A stretch of 64,000 nucleotides of DNA from Abditibacterium sp. GTDB taxonomy: Bacteria > Armatimonadota > Abditibacteriia > Abditibacteriales > Abditibacteriaceae. The notes under the pieces were generated by a model. That model worked only from the letters and a program-made list of their open reading frames with translations, was not told where the DNA came from and made no database searches. Each line of letters begins with the position of its first letter. The first letter of the stretch is position 1. The position numbers and the translations under genes were made by a program. The stretch lies in NCBI GenBank assembly GCA_965199495.1, contig CBDASK010000003.1, positions 2,528,001-2,592,000 on the forward strand, in the 5' to 3' direction. Below are positions 9,559 through 19,110 of this stretch, one piece after another.

Positions 9559-11127
9559 ATGAATCATCCCAAAGTTGAACTCTACGACACGACGCTCCGC
9601 GACGGCGCGCAGGCCGAAGGCGTCTCGTTTTCCGTCCTCGACAAACTCAAAATCGCGCGTCGTTTGGACGAATTCGGCATTCATTACATCGAAGGCGGCT
9701 GGCCCGGCTCCAATCCCAAAGACGAAGAGTTTTTCGCGCTCGCCCAAAAAGAAAAGTTTCGCAACGCGCAATTATGCGCTTTCTCTATGACGCGGCGCGC
9801 GAACATCGAACCGCAAGACGACGCCAATTTGCAGACCATCGTCGCCGCGCAAACGCCCGTCGTGATGCTCGTCGGCAAATCGTGGGATTTTCATGTCACT
9901 GAAGCCTTGAAAGTTCCGCTCGACGAAAATTTGCGCATGATCGAAAGCAGCGTGCGCTGGGTAAAATCGCAGGGGCGCCGCGTGTTTTTCATCGCCGAAC
10001 ATTTTTTCGATGCGCTGCAAAAATCGCCCGAATACGCGATGAAAACGCTCGAAGCCGCCGCCAACGGCGGCGCCGAATTGCTGGCTTTGCCTGATACCAA
10101 CGGCGGCGCTTTGCCCGCGCATATCAGCCACGGCGTGAGGCAAGTGTTGGAAATGTTCGATTTGCCGGTCGGAATTCACACGCACAACGACTGCGAACTC
10201 GCCGTGGCTAATGCTCTGGCTGGCGTCGAAGCGGGCGCGACGCAGGTGCAGGGCGTCATCAACGGGTTCGGCGAGCGTTGCGGCAATTGTAATCTGGTTT
10301 CGGTGATCGGCAATTTGCAGCTTAAAATGGATCGGCCCGTTGTCAGCGCTGAAAAATTGAAAGGCTTGACGGCGCTCAGTCATTACGTCGCCGAAATCGC
10401 CAATATGACGCCCAACGAGCGCCAGCCGTTCGTCGGGCGCGCCTGTTTCGCGCACAAAGGCGGCATGCACGTTGACGCCGTGCAAAAAGCGGGCGGCGCC
10501 GCCTACGAACATATCGAGCCGCAGAGCGTGGGCAACGAACGGCGCATTTTGATTTCGGATTATTCGGGCACTTCCAACGTGCGCGAAGTCGCCTCCGATT
10601 TGGGCTATGAATTGCCCAAAGGAAGCCCCGAAGCCACGGCGATTCTGCGCGAAGTGAAGCGATTGGAAAATCAAGGCTACGAATTCGAGAGCGCCGACGC
10701 CAGTTTCGCGCTCTTAATCCAGCGCGCGCTGGGCCGCGAAGAGAAAAAATTCGAGTTGTTGAGCGTGCGCGTTATCAACGAATTTCGCCCCGGCCTAACC
10801 GAATGGATTACCGAAGCGACGCTCAAAATCCGCGTCGGCGACGAAATTCAGCACACTGTCGCCGAAGGAGATGGCCCAGTTCACGCGCTCGATAACGCGT
10901 TGCGGCTGGCGCTTCGCGGCGCTTATCCGCAGTTGGACGAAATTCGCCTCGCCGATTTCAAAGTCAGAGTCGTGAATACAAGCGAAGGCACGGCGGCCAA
11001 AGTGCGCGTTTCGATTGATTCGGGAAGCGGCGAAAAAACTTGGGGAACCGTCGGCGTTTCGACTAACGTTATCGAGGCGAGCTGGCAGGCTTTGACCGAA
11101 GCGATTGAATTTGGATTGGAAAATTAG
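9559..11127 (+). CDS. cimA: Citramalate synthase (bacterial CimA, LeuA-related)
   Basis: DTTLRDGAQ, YIEGGWPGSNPKD, HTHND, GFGERCGN, FAHKGGMH and a C-terminal regulatory domain (GDGPVHALD). Confidence 0.92.
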   Translation: MNHPKVELYDTTLRDGAQAEGVSFSVLDKLKIARRLDEFGIHYIEGGWPGSNPKDEEFFALAQKEKFRNAQLCAFSMTRRANIEPQDDANLQTIVAAQTPVVMLVGKSWDFHVTEALKVPLDENLRMIESSVRWVKSQGRRVFFIAEHFFDALQKSPEYAMKTLEAAANGGAELLALPDTNGGALPAHISHGVRQVLEMFDLPVGIHTHNDCELAVANALAGVEAGATQVQGVINGFGERCGNCNLVSVIGNLQLKMDRPVVSAEKLKGLTALSHYVAEIANMTPNERQPFVGRACFAHKGGMHVDAVQKAGGAAYEHIEPQSVGNERRILISDYSGTSNVREVASDLGYELPKGSPEATAILREVKRLENQGYEFESADASFALLIQRALGREEKKFELLSVRVINEFRPGLTEWITEATLKIRVGDEIQHTVAEGDGPVHALDNALRLALRGAYPQLDEIRLADFKVRVVNTSEGTAAKVRVSIDSGSGEKTWGTVGVSTNVIEASWQALTEAIEFGLEN

Positions 11128-11260
11128 CCACAGAGAACTCAGAGAACGCTCAGAAAAACACAGAGGGAATGAAGAAATTTGAGCTTTGAAGTTGTAAATT
11201 AACCTTCAGTTTTTATTCTCTGTGTTTTTCTGGGCGTTCTCTGAGTTCTCTGTGGCTAAT
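11123..11260. repeat. Long palindromic element, CACAGAG family, copy 2
   Basis: ATTAGCCACAGAGAACTCAGAGAACGCTCAGAAAAACACAGAG with inverted arm; contains the cimA stop and the 3' end of 11206-11475. Confidence 0.95.
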
Positions 11261-11475
11261 CCGATTTCGGTTTCCCAATCGTCGCCCCAAATCTCACGTT
11301 TCTGCTTTTCGCTTAAGAAAACGCCGTGCGAATAGTCATCTTTGTCGTGTTCGTTGGTGCTTTGCATTTGCAACAACCATGCGTTCCAGACGGCGATGCG
11401 TTCGGGCCAATCGAGGTTGCCGATGTCGAGGTCTTCTTCGCTGAGAAATTCGTCACGGTCTTGAAAATTGAACAT
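11206..11475 (-). CDS. Small acidic hypothetical protein, partner of the upstream nucleotidyltransferase-like gene
   Basis: Starts 1 nt after the upstream stop; C-terminal [16 protein letters not shown] is read from the repeat arm. Confidence 0.65.
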   Translation of the reverse strand: MFNFQDRDEFLSEEDLDIGNLDWPERIAVWNAWLLQMQSTNEHDKDDYSHGVFLSEKQKREIWGDDWETEIGLATENSENAQKNTENKN

Positions 11476-11476
11476 T

Positions 11477-12271
11477 TTAGAGAACCTCTGCGGGCAAAAA
11501 TTGCGCCCGTTCGACGACGATTTGGTGAGCTTCTCGAAGTGGCAAACCTTCGATGTCGCGTTTAAGTTTGGGCCACTGTTCTAACCATTGAACCGACGCT
11601 CTCGTGTAAGCGGCTAATCGCTGCGCGTCAGCTTTTTTTAAATTTCGACGCTCAGCATCCAACTGTGCTTCGAGAGCATCGGAGCCTTGTGAGACGTAAC
11701 TCAAAAGCGGGCGTTGTTGCGCGAGTTGTTTCACCAAATCAGGGTGTTCTCGCGCCAACTGGATGATTTCGCGCGGACTACGACTCCACAGCAACTGCTC
11801 GCGCACATCAGGCAAAAGACGCGCAATTTCGGCGATGAACGAGTAATCGCGCTCGCGCTTGGTCTCTTTAAGTAGGGCCAGACGACGCAGATCAATCGTC
11901 GCAACAGGAAACCCGGTTTGGTTTTCCTGCTCGTTCCACATTTGCGCCAAATCTTCGGGCGACACGCGCGGTGGACGGGTAACGAAGTCGGTGCGCGCGC
12001 GATAGCTATCCAACTCGAACTCGAAATGACTGCTCCACCCCCCGGCAAGCCAGCGCACATCGAGCGGCGCACCCAAACGGTAACTCGCGCCGTAACTTTC
12101 TAATACGCCCAAAATATGATCGAGAGATTCCGCATCTTCTCGGATAATCCAATCTCCGTCTTTGGAAGAAAGCGCCAGTCCATGCATTACAACCGCTTGC
12201 CCAGAAGACAAAACCGCGCGTAATTTTCCTTCGTTAAATCGGTTCGTCAATTCTAAATAAATGTTGGACAT
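11477..12271 (-). CDS. Nucleotidyltransferase-fold (AbiEii/DUF6036-like) protein
   Basis: SGQAVVMHG...SKDGD (GGxA..G..T.DxD-like) and LK.TKRERD motifs; start taken at ATG 12271. Confidence 0.6.
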   Translation of the reverse strand: MSNIYLELTNRFNEGKLRAVLSSGQAVVMHGLALSSKDGDWIIREDAESLDHILGVLESYGASYRLGAPLDVRWLAGGWSSHFEFELDSYRARTDFVTRPPRVSPEDLAQMWNEQENQTGFPVATIDLRRLALLKETKRERDYSFIAEIARLLPDVREQLLWSRSPREIIQLAREHPDLVKQLAQQRPLLSYVSQGSDALEAQLDAERRNLKKADAQRLAAYTRASVQWLEQWPKLKRDIEGLPLREAHQIVVERAQFLPAEVL

Positions 12272-12309
12272 CCGTTTAACAATCGCAAATTCAACTCCCC
12301 TCGCCAACA

Positions 12310-12337
12310 CGCCGTGGCTACTTATGCAGCCACGGCG
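12310..12337. terminator. Hairpin formed by an inverted pair of the CGTGGCT(G) motif, downstream of the esterase
   Basis: CGCCGTGGCT / AGCCACGGCG 10-bp stem; no clear T-tract. Confidence 0.5.
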
Positions 12338-12363
12338 CTTTGAGTATTTAGATCGTTCGCAAC

Positions 12364-13455
12364 TTACATCATACCAAACGCCGATTTGAGGCCGCTCGCC
12401 ACGAAATTCTGCGCATCGTCGGCTTGCGGAACCGTGCCGCTCATGCCGAAGAATTCGTGCGTCACGCCTTGAAAATAACGATAACGGACGGGGATTCCGG
12501 CTTGCTTGAGTTTGGTCGCGTAATCCTGACCTTCCGAGTGCAATACGTCGATTTCGTCGGTAATGACCGTCGCGGGTGGCAAGCCGCGCAATTGCGCTGT
12601 CGTCGCTTTGATCGGCTCTTGATAACGCAACGGGTCTTTGGCGGTGATTTTTCCGGGATAATATTTCCAAAACCACTGTCCCGCGCCTTTGCCCAACGGC
12701 ACGGCGTCTTCGTTGATTTTGTAGGACGGATAACGGCGGAACAGCGTAGCGTCGCTCAACTTGAGCGAATTCATGATATACGGATAAACCAGAACTTGAT
12801 GAATCGGCATCGCGCCGCCGCGATCTTTGGCCATCATGCAGACAGTTGTGGCGAGATTGCCGCCCGCGCTTTCGCCCATGACGGCGATTTTCTTCGGGTC
12901 GGCGCCAACGTATTGGGCGTTTTTGGTCAGATATTGCAGCGCGGCATAGGACGCTTCGGGCGCGGCGGGAAACGGATTTTCAGGCGCGAGCGGATAAGCG
13001 ACGCTGGCGACGATGACGCCCGCTTTGTTGGCGATGGCGCGGCACGACGGCGCGTAAACGTCCAAATTGGCGATGACGAAACCGCCACCGTGGAAATAAA
13101 CCACCATCGGCAAAGGTTCATTGCCCGCGTTGGCGGGCTTGAAAAAGCGTACCAACGTTTGGCCTTTGCCCATCGCGCCGGGAATCGCGCGATGAAAAAT
13201 TTGCGTTTTCGGAAAAATATCAGCGCCGCTTTGATCTGTAACTTCGAGGTAAGCGCGCTGAATCGGCGCCTGATTGCGCGCGTTGGCGGGCGTCAATTTG
13301 GGCAACGGAACCGGGCCGTATTTTTTGAATTGATCCAAAACTTTCTTCATGCCCGCGTCGGGCGCCGGGGCGGCAAAGGTCGGAGCGGCAATGGTTGCGG
13401 ATAGGGAAAGGACGGCGCCGAACGTCGCGGTGCGAGCGAATAGTTGAGTTTGCAT
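12364..13455 (-). CDS. Secreted alpha/beta hydrolase (HSL-family esterase)
   Basis: Signal peptide, HGGGF, GESAGG, D-V-L and H-E-F catalytic motifs. Confidence 0.92.
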   Translation of the reverse strand: MQTQLFARTATFGAVLSLSATIAAPTFAAPAPDAGMKKVLDQFKKYGPVPLPKLTPANARNQAPIQRAYLEVTDQSGADIFPKTQIFHRAIPGAMGKGQTLVRFFKPANAGNEPLPMVVYFHGGGFVIANLDVYAPSCRAIANKAGVIVASVAYPLAPENPFPAAPEASYAALQYLTKNAQYVGADPKKIAVMGESAGGNLATTVCMMAKDRGGAMPIHQVLVYPYIMNSLKLSDATLFRRYPSYKINEDAVPLGKGAGQWFWKYYPGKITAKDPLRYQEPIKATTAQLRGLPPATVITDEIDVLHSEGQDYATKLKQAGIPVRYRYFQGVTHEFFGMSGTVPQADDAQNFVASGLKSAFGMM

Positions 13456-13554
13456 AAAACGAAGATTTGTCTGTCAACTTTCGTTTAAGCAAATGAAATT
13501 CCAAAAGCATTTAATTTTTCCCGAAATTAGGAAATTCGGGGGAATTTACCCAAC

Positions 13555-13585
13555 AAAAAGCGCCCCGCGAAATCCGCAGGGCGCT
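13555..13585 (-). terminator. Intrinsic terminator after the SDR gene
   Basis: AGCGCCC/GGGCGCT stem followed by a T-run on the minus strand. Confidence 0.65.
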
Positions 13586-13605
13586 GCTCTTAAATAAAGC
13601 TAAAT

Positions 13606-14352
13606 CTATAAGCGCGCCAATCTTCCCGCGTCCACGGGAATGACGCTGCCGGTGATGAACTGCGCCTCGCGCGAGGCCAGAAAACAGATGGTTTTGGCGA
13701 CCGACTCGCTCGAAGCCACGGCGCCTTCGAGCTTTTCTTCGCCCGACTGCAAATTGGGATTCGTCCACAAAAGCGGCGTGTCCACCGCGCCCGGCGCGAC
13801 GGCGTTGACGCGCACATGAAGCGGCTCGGCTTCGATGGACAAAGCGCGCGTGAACGCTTCGAGGCCGCCTTTGCTGGCGGCGTAGGCCGACACGTTGCGC
13901 GTGGTGGCCTGCGCGTGAACGCTCGAAACGTTGACGATTGAACCACCTTTGCGTCCGTCTTCGTGGCGAAAATGCGGTAGTGCGTATTTGCTAAACAAAA
14001 ACGCCGCGCGCAAATTCACGCTCATCACCCGATCCCAATCGGCTTCGGCCAAATCAATCACCGGCTGAAAACGCATGATACCCGCGTTGTTGATGAGAAC
14101 TTCGATGCGGCCCCACCTTTCGACGACGTGATTGACGACGCCTTGTACATCGGCGCTTTGCGAAACGTCGGCGTAAAGATAGATGGCCGATCCACCGTCG
14201 CGCTCGATTTGAGCAACGGCTTTGCAGCCCGCCTCACGGTCAATATCCACGATGGCGACTTTGGCACCCTCGCGGGCGAGTTGGAGGCTGGTGGCCAAGC
14301 CGATGCCGGAGCCACCGCCGGTCACGATTGCGATGTGATTGGGAAAATTCAC
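13606..14352 (-). CDS. Short-chain dehydrogenase/reductase
   Basis: TGGGSGIG, NNAG, YAASK; probable GTG start at 14352. Confidence 0.92.
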   Translation of the reverse strand: MNFPNHIAIVTGGGSGIGLATSLQLAREGAKVAIVDIDREAGCKAVAQIERDGGSAIYLYADVSQSADVQGVVNHVVERWGRIEVLINNAGIMRFQPVIDLAEADWDRVMSVNLRAAFLFSKYALPHFRHEDGRKGGSIVNVSSVHAQATTRNVSAYAASKGGLEAFTRALSIEAEPLHVRVNAVAPGAVDTPLLWTNPNLQSGEEKLEGAVASSESVAKTICFLASREAQFITGSVIPVDAGRLARL

Positions 14353-14645
14353 GGGGTAATACCTTGTCGCCTTCAGGGAATTGGCGACTTTTCTAACGGA
14401 AATACTCTCTGGCAAAGGGGACGCCTAAAAATCCATAATAAAACGTTTAATTCAAGTTTTAGTAATGAGTTGAAATCGGGTTTTTTCGAGCTTATATCGC
14501 GAATGTAAAAATGAGATTAACGATGCGTCGCGGCGCGGTTAAAACCCCTATTGCTGTGAACTTCGCGCGCGCGAAACGATGTTTATCGTTTGAGCGTCTT
14601 GCCATTAAACGCCCGCGAAACGAAAAGTTCCCGGCGCCATTTAAA

Positions 14646-15941
14646 ATGACTGGAACAACCATTGGCACTTTCTGGAATCGTCAAATCGAAGCCGCAGGTT
14701 TGGCCGACATCGCCGAAAAAACCGAAAACGGCGAACGCCTTTCCGCCGACGACGGAATGCGACTTTATGGGTCGCCGCATCTCAACGTCGTCGGTTATCT
14801 CGCCAACCGTGTTCGCGAGCGCAAAAACGGCAACGTGGCTTATTGGGTGCGTAATCAGCACGTCAATTACACCAACATTTGTAACAAAGGGTGTCTGTTC
14901 TGTTCGTTCTACGCCAACCCCAAAGACGACGCGCGCGCCTATTGCATGACGCCGCAACAGGCCGCGCAGAAAGTCACCAATTATGGCGACGTGCCGATTT
15001 CCGAGATTCACGTCGTCGGCGGCGTCAATCCGAAGTTGCCTTACTCGTATTATGTCGAGTTGTTGCAGGCCATCAAAGCCGCGCGACCCGATGCGCATAT
15101 CAAGGCGTTCACGATGGTCGAAATTGACCAAATCGTGCGCGCGGCCAAACGCGTCGGGTTGGAAACGCCCGCGCAGGTTTTCGAGGATTTGAAGCGCGCT
15201 GGCCTCGACGCTTTGCCCGGCGGCGGCGCCGAAGTAATGAGCGAACGCGTTCACGAAGATTTGTTTTATGCCAAACCCGACGCCGCGCGCTGGCTGGAAT
15301 TGGCGCGCGCGGCGCATTTGTCGGGGCTGAAAACCAACGCGACGCTTTTATACGGCCACGTCGAGCAGACGCCGGAGAAAATCGAGCATTTTCTCAAACT
15401 GCGCGAATTGCAAGACGAAACCGGTGGCTTTTTAACGTTCATTCCGCTTTCGTGGCATCCCGAAAAAACGGCTTTGGAAGAATTGCGCCCGCCGACGGGC
15501 GTCGAAGATTTGCGCGAGATCGCTGTGGCTCGTTTGATGCTGGATAATTTCCCGCACATCAAAACGTTCTGGATTATGAACACGGCGCCGGTTTCACAAA
15601 GCGCGCTGTGGTATGGCGCCGACGATATGGACGGGACGATCATGGAATACGAAATTATCCGCGACCCATCGCGCGACCGCAAACAGGTTTTGACTTCGCG
15701 CGAAATGGTTGAGATGATTCTCGAAGCGGGCCGCGAACCGCTCGAACGCGACCCGTTCTACCACGTTTTGTCGCGCGGATTGGAAAGCGTGACTGATGTC
15801 GAAACTTTATTGAGCGAACAAAGCGCCGATTTGATTCAGCCGACGGCGAATCTGGGCATTACGCAACGCGCGGGTATTACGACGGCGGCGCAGGCGCATC
15901 TGGAAAAAGGCCGCAAATTGATTGCGCTCGAAGCGCGCTGA
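14646..15941 (+). CDS. mqnE: Aminofutalosine synthase (radical SAM, futalosine menaquinone pathway)
   Basis: NYTNICNKGCLFCSF, EIHVVGG, HIKAFT.VEI, PGGGAE, NATLLYGHVE, HIKTFW, GADDMDGT. Confidence 0.9.
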   Translation: MTGTTIGTFWNRQIEAAGLADIAEKTENGERLSADDGMRLYGSPHLNVVGYLANRVRERKNGNVAYWVRNQHVNYTNICNKGCLFCSFYANPKDDARAYCMTPQQAAQKVTNYGDVPISEIHVVGGVNPKLPYSYYVELLQAIKAARPDAHIKAFTMVEIDQIVRAAKRVGLETPAQVFEDLKRAGLDALPGGGAEVMSERVHEDLFYAKPDAARWLELARAAHLSGLKTNATLLYGHVEQTPEKIEHFLKLRELQDETGGFLTFIPLSWHPEKTALEELRPPTGVEDLREIAVARLMLDNFPHIKTFWIMNTAPVSQSALWYGADDMDGTIMEYEIIRDPSRDRKQVLTSREMVEMILEAGREPLERDPFYHVLSRGLESVTDVETLLSEQSADLIQPTANLGITQRAGITTAAQAHLEKGRKLIALEAR

Positions 15942-16622
15942 CAATTGGATTATGGAAACCAAGAACATCTACCGAGCCGCCTCGATGGGGGATGAAGAAT
16001 CTCTTTTAAAGTTGATAAGGAAAGGGGCGGATGTAAACGCCAAAGATGAGCAACAGCTTCCGCCATTACATTACGCCGCCTATAGAGGTCGGAGCAATAC
16101 GTTGCAAATTCTGTTGGATCATGGAGCCGAAGTGAACACTTCTAATGGTATCGGTTACACGCCGCTTATGGTTGCTTCGCGCGAAGGCAGAACGGATGCC
16201 GTGCGCCTATTGCTGGAATACGGCGCCGCAGTAAACGCCACTTCGATCTCCGGGCAAATGGCCCTATCTTTTGCGGCGACTTATGCACATTCTGGCGTCG
16301 TGCAACTGCTTTTAGAGCATGGCGCAACCGTAAAGGGAAAAGGGGCCGAGTCCGCTTTGCTGGGAGCCGCATTGAACGGTAACAGCGACAATGTGCACCT
16401 CTTGTTGGTTGCCGGTGTTGACTTTCGTGCCACCAATAACGGTGGGAAAACCGCTCTGGATTTGGCATCCGAACCGGGCCGAGCCGAAATAGGAAGGGCC
16501 ACCGTGCGTCAACTACTCCAAGACGCGGATGCAGGCCGCTGATAACAATCGTTGCTACGCGTGTGAGCACGTCGGATAAAGCGTAGAAGTAACCGCTTTA
16601 ATAGGATTGCGCTCGAAGCGCG
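15920..16622. mobile_element. Small insertion bounded by an 18-bp direct repeat that duplicates the mqnE 3' end
   Basis: GATTGCGCTCGAAGCGCG at 15920-15937 and 16605-16622. Confidence 0.6.
15952..16542 (+). CDS. Ankyrin repeat protein
   Basis: About 5 repeats (PLHYAA, TPLMVAS, LLEYGAAVN, GKTALDLA); atypical codon usage. Confidence 0.92.
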   Translation: METKNIYRAASMGDEESLLKLIRKGADVNAKDEQQLPPLHYAAYRGRSNTLQILLDHGAEVNTSNGIGYTPLMVASREGRTDAVRLLLEYGAAVNATSISGQMALSFAATYAHSGVVQLLLEHGATVKGKGAESALLGAALNGNSDNVHLLLVAGVDFRATNNGGKTALDLASEPGRAEIGRATVRQLLQDADAGR

Positions 16623-16663
16623 TTTGCAGTTACGATAATTCGATTCTCAAAAAGCCTAATTTT

Positions 16664-16712
16664 ACATTTGGATTGCCTCCGGCCTTTTTCACGCCGGAGG
16701 CAATCCAAATGT
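16664..16712. terminator. Bidirectional terminator-like hairpin between convergent genes
   Basis: Perfect 20-bp stem ACATTTGGATTGCCTCCGGC / GCCGGAGGCAATCCAAATGT. Confidence 0.75.
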
Positions 16713-16749
16713 TTTCGCAGCCCAATTTCACAATTGTTAGGCGCTGATT

Positions 16750-17208
16750 TTACCAATCGAGCGTGGTTTCAAAACTGTTATTATCTTCGTTGCTTTCCTT
16801 AATGCGTTGCACATCATCAACGACGGCGCGAATCGTGTGTTTGCCGGGCGTAATTTTCCACGTCGCGCTGCCGTTGGGGCCGCCATTCGAGCGCAGAATC
16901 GCGAATTGGCCGGGCTTCAAATCCTGACGGTAAGTATCCGACCATGCGACGAATTCGCCGTCCACGTAAAACGCGACGCCGTGAGCCACATCTTTTTTGG
17001 TGGCAGCAGCGCCGTGATTTTCGATGCGCGCGATCAAATGCGCATTGGTGCCGACTTGACCTTCGCTTTCTGTAACACCGACGCTGGTGACAACTAAATC
17101 GGGTAAATTATTCATCGAATTGGTCGTGGGTTGCGCTGTAACGCTTTGGCTCAGCGCGACGGAAAGACTGGCACCGACGAGTAAAAGAGCGGGTAAAAGA
17201 AGTTTCAT
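16750..17208 (-). CDS. Secreted single CARDB-domain protein
   Basis: Signal peptide; PDLVVT...I.N.G...VD...IKESNEDNN. Confidence 0.85.
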   Translation of the reverse strand: MKLLLPALLLVGASLSVALSQSVTAQPTTNSMNNLPDLVVTSVGVTESEGQVGTNAHLIARIENHGAAATKKDVAHGVAFYVDGEFVAWSDTYRQDLKPGQFAILRSNGGPNGSATWKITPGKHTIRAVVDDVQRIKESNEDNNSFETTLDW

Positions 17209-17455
17209 ACTTGGTTTGGAGCATCCTGTGCTTCTCAAAGTTTTGCGGGCGAGTTTACTTCTCGTCTGAGGAAAAAGCTCGTGAATTAGGCGGGCTTGAA
17301 GCGCATCGATAGTTAGACCTTTGCATCAATGAGGAGATGAGTAGGAAGCCGTAGAGTAACAAAATGGAAGATTTCTTGCAAGCTAAAGCCGTGCTGATTT
17401 ATGCGCAAAGAACGTTTCTTTATCTCGACCAATAACGCTCTTTGGGTTGCAAACA

Positions 17456-17941
17456 ATGAAGACTAACTCAGAGTTACAAATTCAGCAACGTTTATCGGAC
17501 AGTTCGTGTTCTGATGCGCTGCTGGCCGAATCGCCATTGGTATCGCCACGCGATGCGAACGCGCGTCCCGTCTGGCCCGCATTGCTACGCTTTGTGGTGG
17601 GTGGTGGCACCTGCTTCATGGTTAATCTGGCGATATTGTGGGTTGCCACCGAAAAGTGGAAGTGGCATTATTTGATCGCAATGGCTCTGGGGTGGAGTGT
17701 GGTGTTTGTTTTAGGATTTTTCCTGCATCGTCACTGGACTTTTGAATCGCACTCTTCGAGCGTTCTGGGGGCGGCTCGACGTTACTTCGTGGTGAATCTG
17801 GGGCAGACGCTGGTTTCCACGGGTTTGTTAATTCTTTTGGTTTCGGGATTCGGTCTGGCTCCTTGGTTCGCCAGCATCCTCCTCGGCGCGTCGTTCATGG
17901 TTTTTAGTTTTCTGCTGCACCGGAACTGGAGTTTCGCGTGA
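17456..17941 (+). CDS. GtrA-family flippase-like membrane protein
   Basis: RFVVGG, 4 TM helices, F.LHRHWTF and F.LHRNWSF; start uncertain. Confidence 0.88.
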   Translation: MKTNSELQIQQRLSDSSCSDALLAESPLVSPRDANARPVWPALLRFVVGGGTCFMVNLAILWVATEKWKWHYLIAMALGWSVVFVLGFFLHRHWTFESHSSSVLGAARRYFVVNLGQTLVSTGLLILLVSGFGLAPWFASILLGASFMVFSFLLHRNWSFA

Positions 17942-19110
17942 CCCAACCAATGCAGAAACGGGCGCGGCGCGTGTTGGTTGTCACGAATTATTTTTCGACT
18001 CATTTGGGCGGTATTCAGTTGGTGGCGCACCAACTGGTGCGACATTTGGCCGCGCAACATCCCGATTGGCGGTTCGACTGGTGCGCCAGCGCGAGCGATG
18101 CGTTGCCCGATGTCGCGCCCGCCGTGCGCTGTCACGCAATGAGCGGTTGGAACGGCATCGAAGAGCGTTCGGGTTTTCCCTATCCCTTGTGGTCTCCGGG
18201 CGCCGTGCTGCGATTGTGGCATTTGGTTGGGCGCTGCGACGTGGCTCACTTGCACGACTTCGCCTATATGGGAAATATTGTCGCCGCATTATTTTGTGTT
18301 TTGCGCGGCAAACCTTACGTGGTGACGCAACATACCGGTTGGGTGCCCTATGACAATTTGGCGATGCGCGCGATATTGAGGACGGCGATTAAAACCGTGG
18401 GCCGCGCGGTTTTGCGAAACGCACGGCGCGTGGTTTTCGTGTCGGATACGGTCAACGGTTTTTTTTCGGGTCGCATGAAGTTGCGCCGCCAAACGCTGGC
18501 CAACGGTGTGGATACCCAATTGTTCGTGCCGGTTGATGCAACCACGCGCGCGCGCTTGCGGCGCGAGAACGGATTGGACGAAGCGGCGCCCGTCGCGATT
18601 TTTGTCGGTCGTTTCGTCGAGCGCAAAGGTTTTCCTCTGATTTTGGAGATGGCCGCGCGAACGCCCGATGTGCAGTGGATTGTCATGGGCAGTGGCCCAT
18701 TAGATCCGGGCGAAAATGTGCCGCCCAATGTGCGCGTGTGGCGCGGGCGGCGCGGCGCTCAAGTCGCGCAGGCGATGCAGCTCGCGGATGCGTTGGTCTT
18801 ACCCTCGCAAAACGAAGGTTTTCCGCTTGTTGTGCAAGAAGCTCTGGCGTGCGGAACGCCGGTTCTCTTTGAAACGAATTTAGCGCAGGCGCTGCCCGGC
18901 GTCGCCGCTCGGCTCACGACTCAAGCGTTGGGCACGCCCGACGATGCCGCGCTCTGGAGCGCTCGTCTGCGCGCGGTTTTGGACGCGCACGAAACGCAGT
19001 CGCAGCGCGAAAAGCGTGCGAATTGGGCGCGTCAGACCTGGAATTGGGATGTTTGCGCTCGCCAATATGGCGAACTGCTCGAAGCCGTGATGCTTGAGGC
19101 GCGCTCGTGA
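17938..19110 (+). CDS. Glycosyltransferase family 4
   Basis: GG, NGVD, FVGRFVERKG, LPSQNEGFPLVVQEALACGTPV. Confidence 0.92.
   Translation: MTQPMQKRARRVLVVTNYFSTHLGGIQLVAHQLVRHLAAQHPDWRFDWCASASDALPDVAPAVRCHAMSGWNGIEERSGFPYPLWSPGAVLRLWHLVGRCDVAHLHDFAYMGNIVAALFCVLRGKPYVVTQHTGWVPYDNLAMRAILRTAIKTVGRAVLRNARRVVFVSDTVNGFFSGRMKLRRQTLANGVDTQLFVPVDATTRARLRRENGLDEAAPVAIFVGRFVERKGFPLILEMAARTPDVQWIVMGSGPLDPGENVPPNVRVWRGRRGAQVAQAMQLADALVLPSQNEGFPLVVQEALACGTPVLFETNLAQALPGVAARLTTQALGTPDDAALWSARLRAVLDAHETQSQREKRANWARQTWNWDVCARQYGELLEAVMLEARS

Noticed and set aside
12424..13404. Long antisense or alternate-frame ORFs (also 9772-10674, 19628-20647, 26320-27273, 29585-30412, 61880-62707)
   Set aside because: Shadow ORFs of well-supported genes in GC-rich DNA, with no recognisable motifs.
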